Shown in pieces: positions 62,160 to 64,000 of a DNA stretch of 64,000 bases. Each line of letters begins with the position of its first letter. The first letter of the stretch is position 1. The position numbers and the translations under genes are program-made. The DNA comes from Squalus acanthias (taxonomy: Eukaryota): the NCBI GenBank assembly GCA_030390025.1, contig JASTWF010000048.1, positions 1,612,001-1,676,000 on the forward strand, in the 5' to 3' direction. The notes under the pieces are model-generated. The model was not told where the DNA came from. It did not search any database and saw only the letters and a program-made list of their open reading frames with translations.

Positions 62160-64000
62160 TTGTTTTTGGTTTTTTTATTCGTTTTTATGAGATCATGGCG
62201 TCGCTGGCAATACCAGCATTTATTGCCCATCCCTAGTTGCCCTTGCGATTGTGGTGGTGAGCCGCCTTCTTGAACCGCTGCAGTCCGTGTGGTGAAGGTA
62301 CTCCCACAGTGCTGTTAGGGAGGGAGTTCCAGGATTTTGACCCAGCGACGATGAAGAATCGGCGTCATATTTCTAAGTCAGGATGGTGTGTGACTCGGAG
62401 GGGAACTTAGAGGTGGTGGTGTTTACATGCGCCTGCTGCCCTTGTCCTTCCAAGTGGATGAGGTCGCGGGTTTGGTAGGTGCTGCCGAAGAAGCCTTGGC
62501 GAGAAGCTGCAGTGCATCTTGTAGACGGTACACACTGCAGCCACGTTGCGCCGGTGGTGGAGGGAGTGAATGTTTAAGGTGGAGGATGGGGTGCCGATCA
62601 AGCGGGGCTGCTTTGTCCTGGATGGTGTCGAGCTCCTTGAGTGTTGTTGGAGCTGCACTCATCCAGGCAAGTGGAGAGTATTCCATCACACTTCTTAATT
62701 GTGCCTTGTAGATGTTGGAAAGACGTTGGGGAGTCAGGAGGTGAGACACTCACGGCAGAATACCAGCCTCTGACCTGCTCTTGTTGCCGCAGTATATATG
62801 TGGCTGGTCCAGTTAAGGTTCTGGTTAATGGTTACACCCCAGGATGTTGATAGTGGGGTATTCGGCGATGGTAATGCCTTTAAATGTCAAGGGGAGGTGG
62901 TTAGACTCTGGCTTGTTGGAGATAGTCATTGTCTGGCACTTCTGTTGCGCGAATGTTACCTGCCACTTATCATCGCAAGCCTGAACATCGTTCAGGTCTT
63001 GTTGCATGCAGGCATGGACTGCTTCATTATCTGAGGAGTTGGGAATGTCGCTGAACACTGTGCAGTCAGCAGCGAACATCCCCATTTCTTACCTTATGTT
63101 GGAGGGAAGGTCATTGATGAAGCAGCTGAAGATGGTTGGGCCTAGGACACTGACCTGAGGAACTCCTGCAGCGATGTCCTGGGGCTTTGATGATTGATCT
63201 TCAAACACCATAACCATCTTCCTTTGTGCTAGGTATGACTCCAGCCAGTGGAGAGTTTTCCCCCTGATTCCCATTGACTTCAGTTTTACTAGGGCTCCTT
63301 GATGCCACACTCGGTCAAATGCTGCCTTGATGCCAAGGGCAGTCACTCTCACCTCACATCTGGAATTCAGCTCCTTTGTCCATGTTTGGACAAAAGCTGT
63401 AATGTGGTCTGGAGACGAGTGGTCATTTTGCGAAACCCAAACCGGGCATCAGTGAGCAGGTTATTGCTGAGTGAGTGCTGCTTCATAGCACTGTCGATGA
63501 CACCTTCCATCACTTTGCTGATGATTGAGAGTAGAGTGATGGGGCGGTAATTGTCCGGGTTGGATTTGTCCTGCTTTTTCTGGACAGGACATACCTGGGC
63601 AGTATTCCAGATTGTCGGATAGAAACCAGTGTTGTAGCTGTACTGGAACAGCTTGGCTAGAGGCGCGGCTAGTTCTGGAGCACAAGTCTTCAGCACGATA
63701 GCCGGGACGCTGCCGGGGCCCATAGCCTTTACTGTATCCAGTTCGCTCAGCCGTGCCTTGATATCACGTGGAGTGAATTGAATTGGCTTCTGTGATGGTG
63801 GGGACCTCGGGAGTAGGCCGATATGAATCATCCACTCGTCCCTTCTGACTGAAGTTAGTTGCAACAACTTCAGCCTTATCTTTAGCCATCACGTGCTGGG
63901 CTCCGCCATCATTGAGGATGGGGATATTCATGGAGCCTCCTCCTCCCGTTAAATGTTTAATGGTCCACCACTATTCACGACTGGATGTGGCAGGACTGCA
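62160..64000 (-). mobile_element. Degenerate LINE (same family as 25862-26570) running off the window
   Basis: Fragmented RT ORFs: KAMGP, NYRPITLLS, AAFDRVWH, GVPQVSVLGP, FAADCT; A-rich tail near 62160. Confidence 0.88.

Overview
Eukaryotic genomic DNA with several N-gaps, most likely from a cartilaginous fish (inferred from the repeat content and V-gene style). The window is part of a T-cell receptor beta-type variable (V) gene array. I count 21 V segments, all on the - strand. Intact ones have a phase-1 leader exon, a V exon and a 23-bp-spacer RSS. They form three families: A (ends YFCAC; 3 copies), B (SQTIRQ...YYCAWSL, strongly resembling mammalian TRBV30; 13 copies) and C (SYVEQSP...YYCACS; 5 copies). 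About 10 look fully intact; the rest are questionable ORFs, pseudogenes or cut by a gap. No D, J, C or 12-RSS was seen. The array arose by repeated duplication of an A-B-B-C-B-C cassette and is packed with CR1-type LINE fragments, two young CR1 insertions, Deu-domain SINEs and Penelope-like elements. Main unannotated signals: (1) about 19 co-oriented CTCF-like sites downstream of the V segments; (2) an AP-1 site (TGACTCA) at the heptamer/spacer junction of family-B RSSs, the same register as the c-Fos site of mammalian D-beta 23-RSS; (3) covarying minimal hammerhead ribozyme motifs in Penelope-like insertions with target-site duplications; (4) promoters built from tandem TGATTGACAG/GC-box repeats; (5) a six-copy enhancer-like block.
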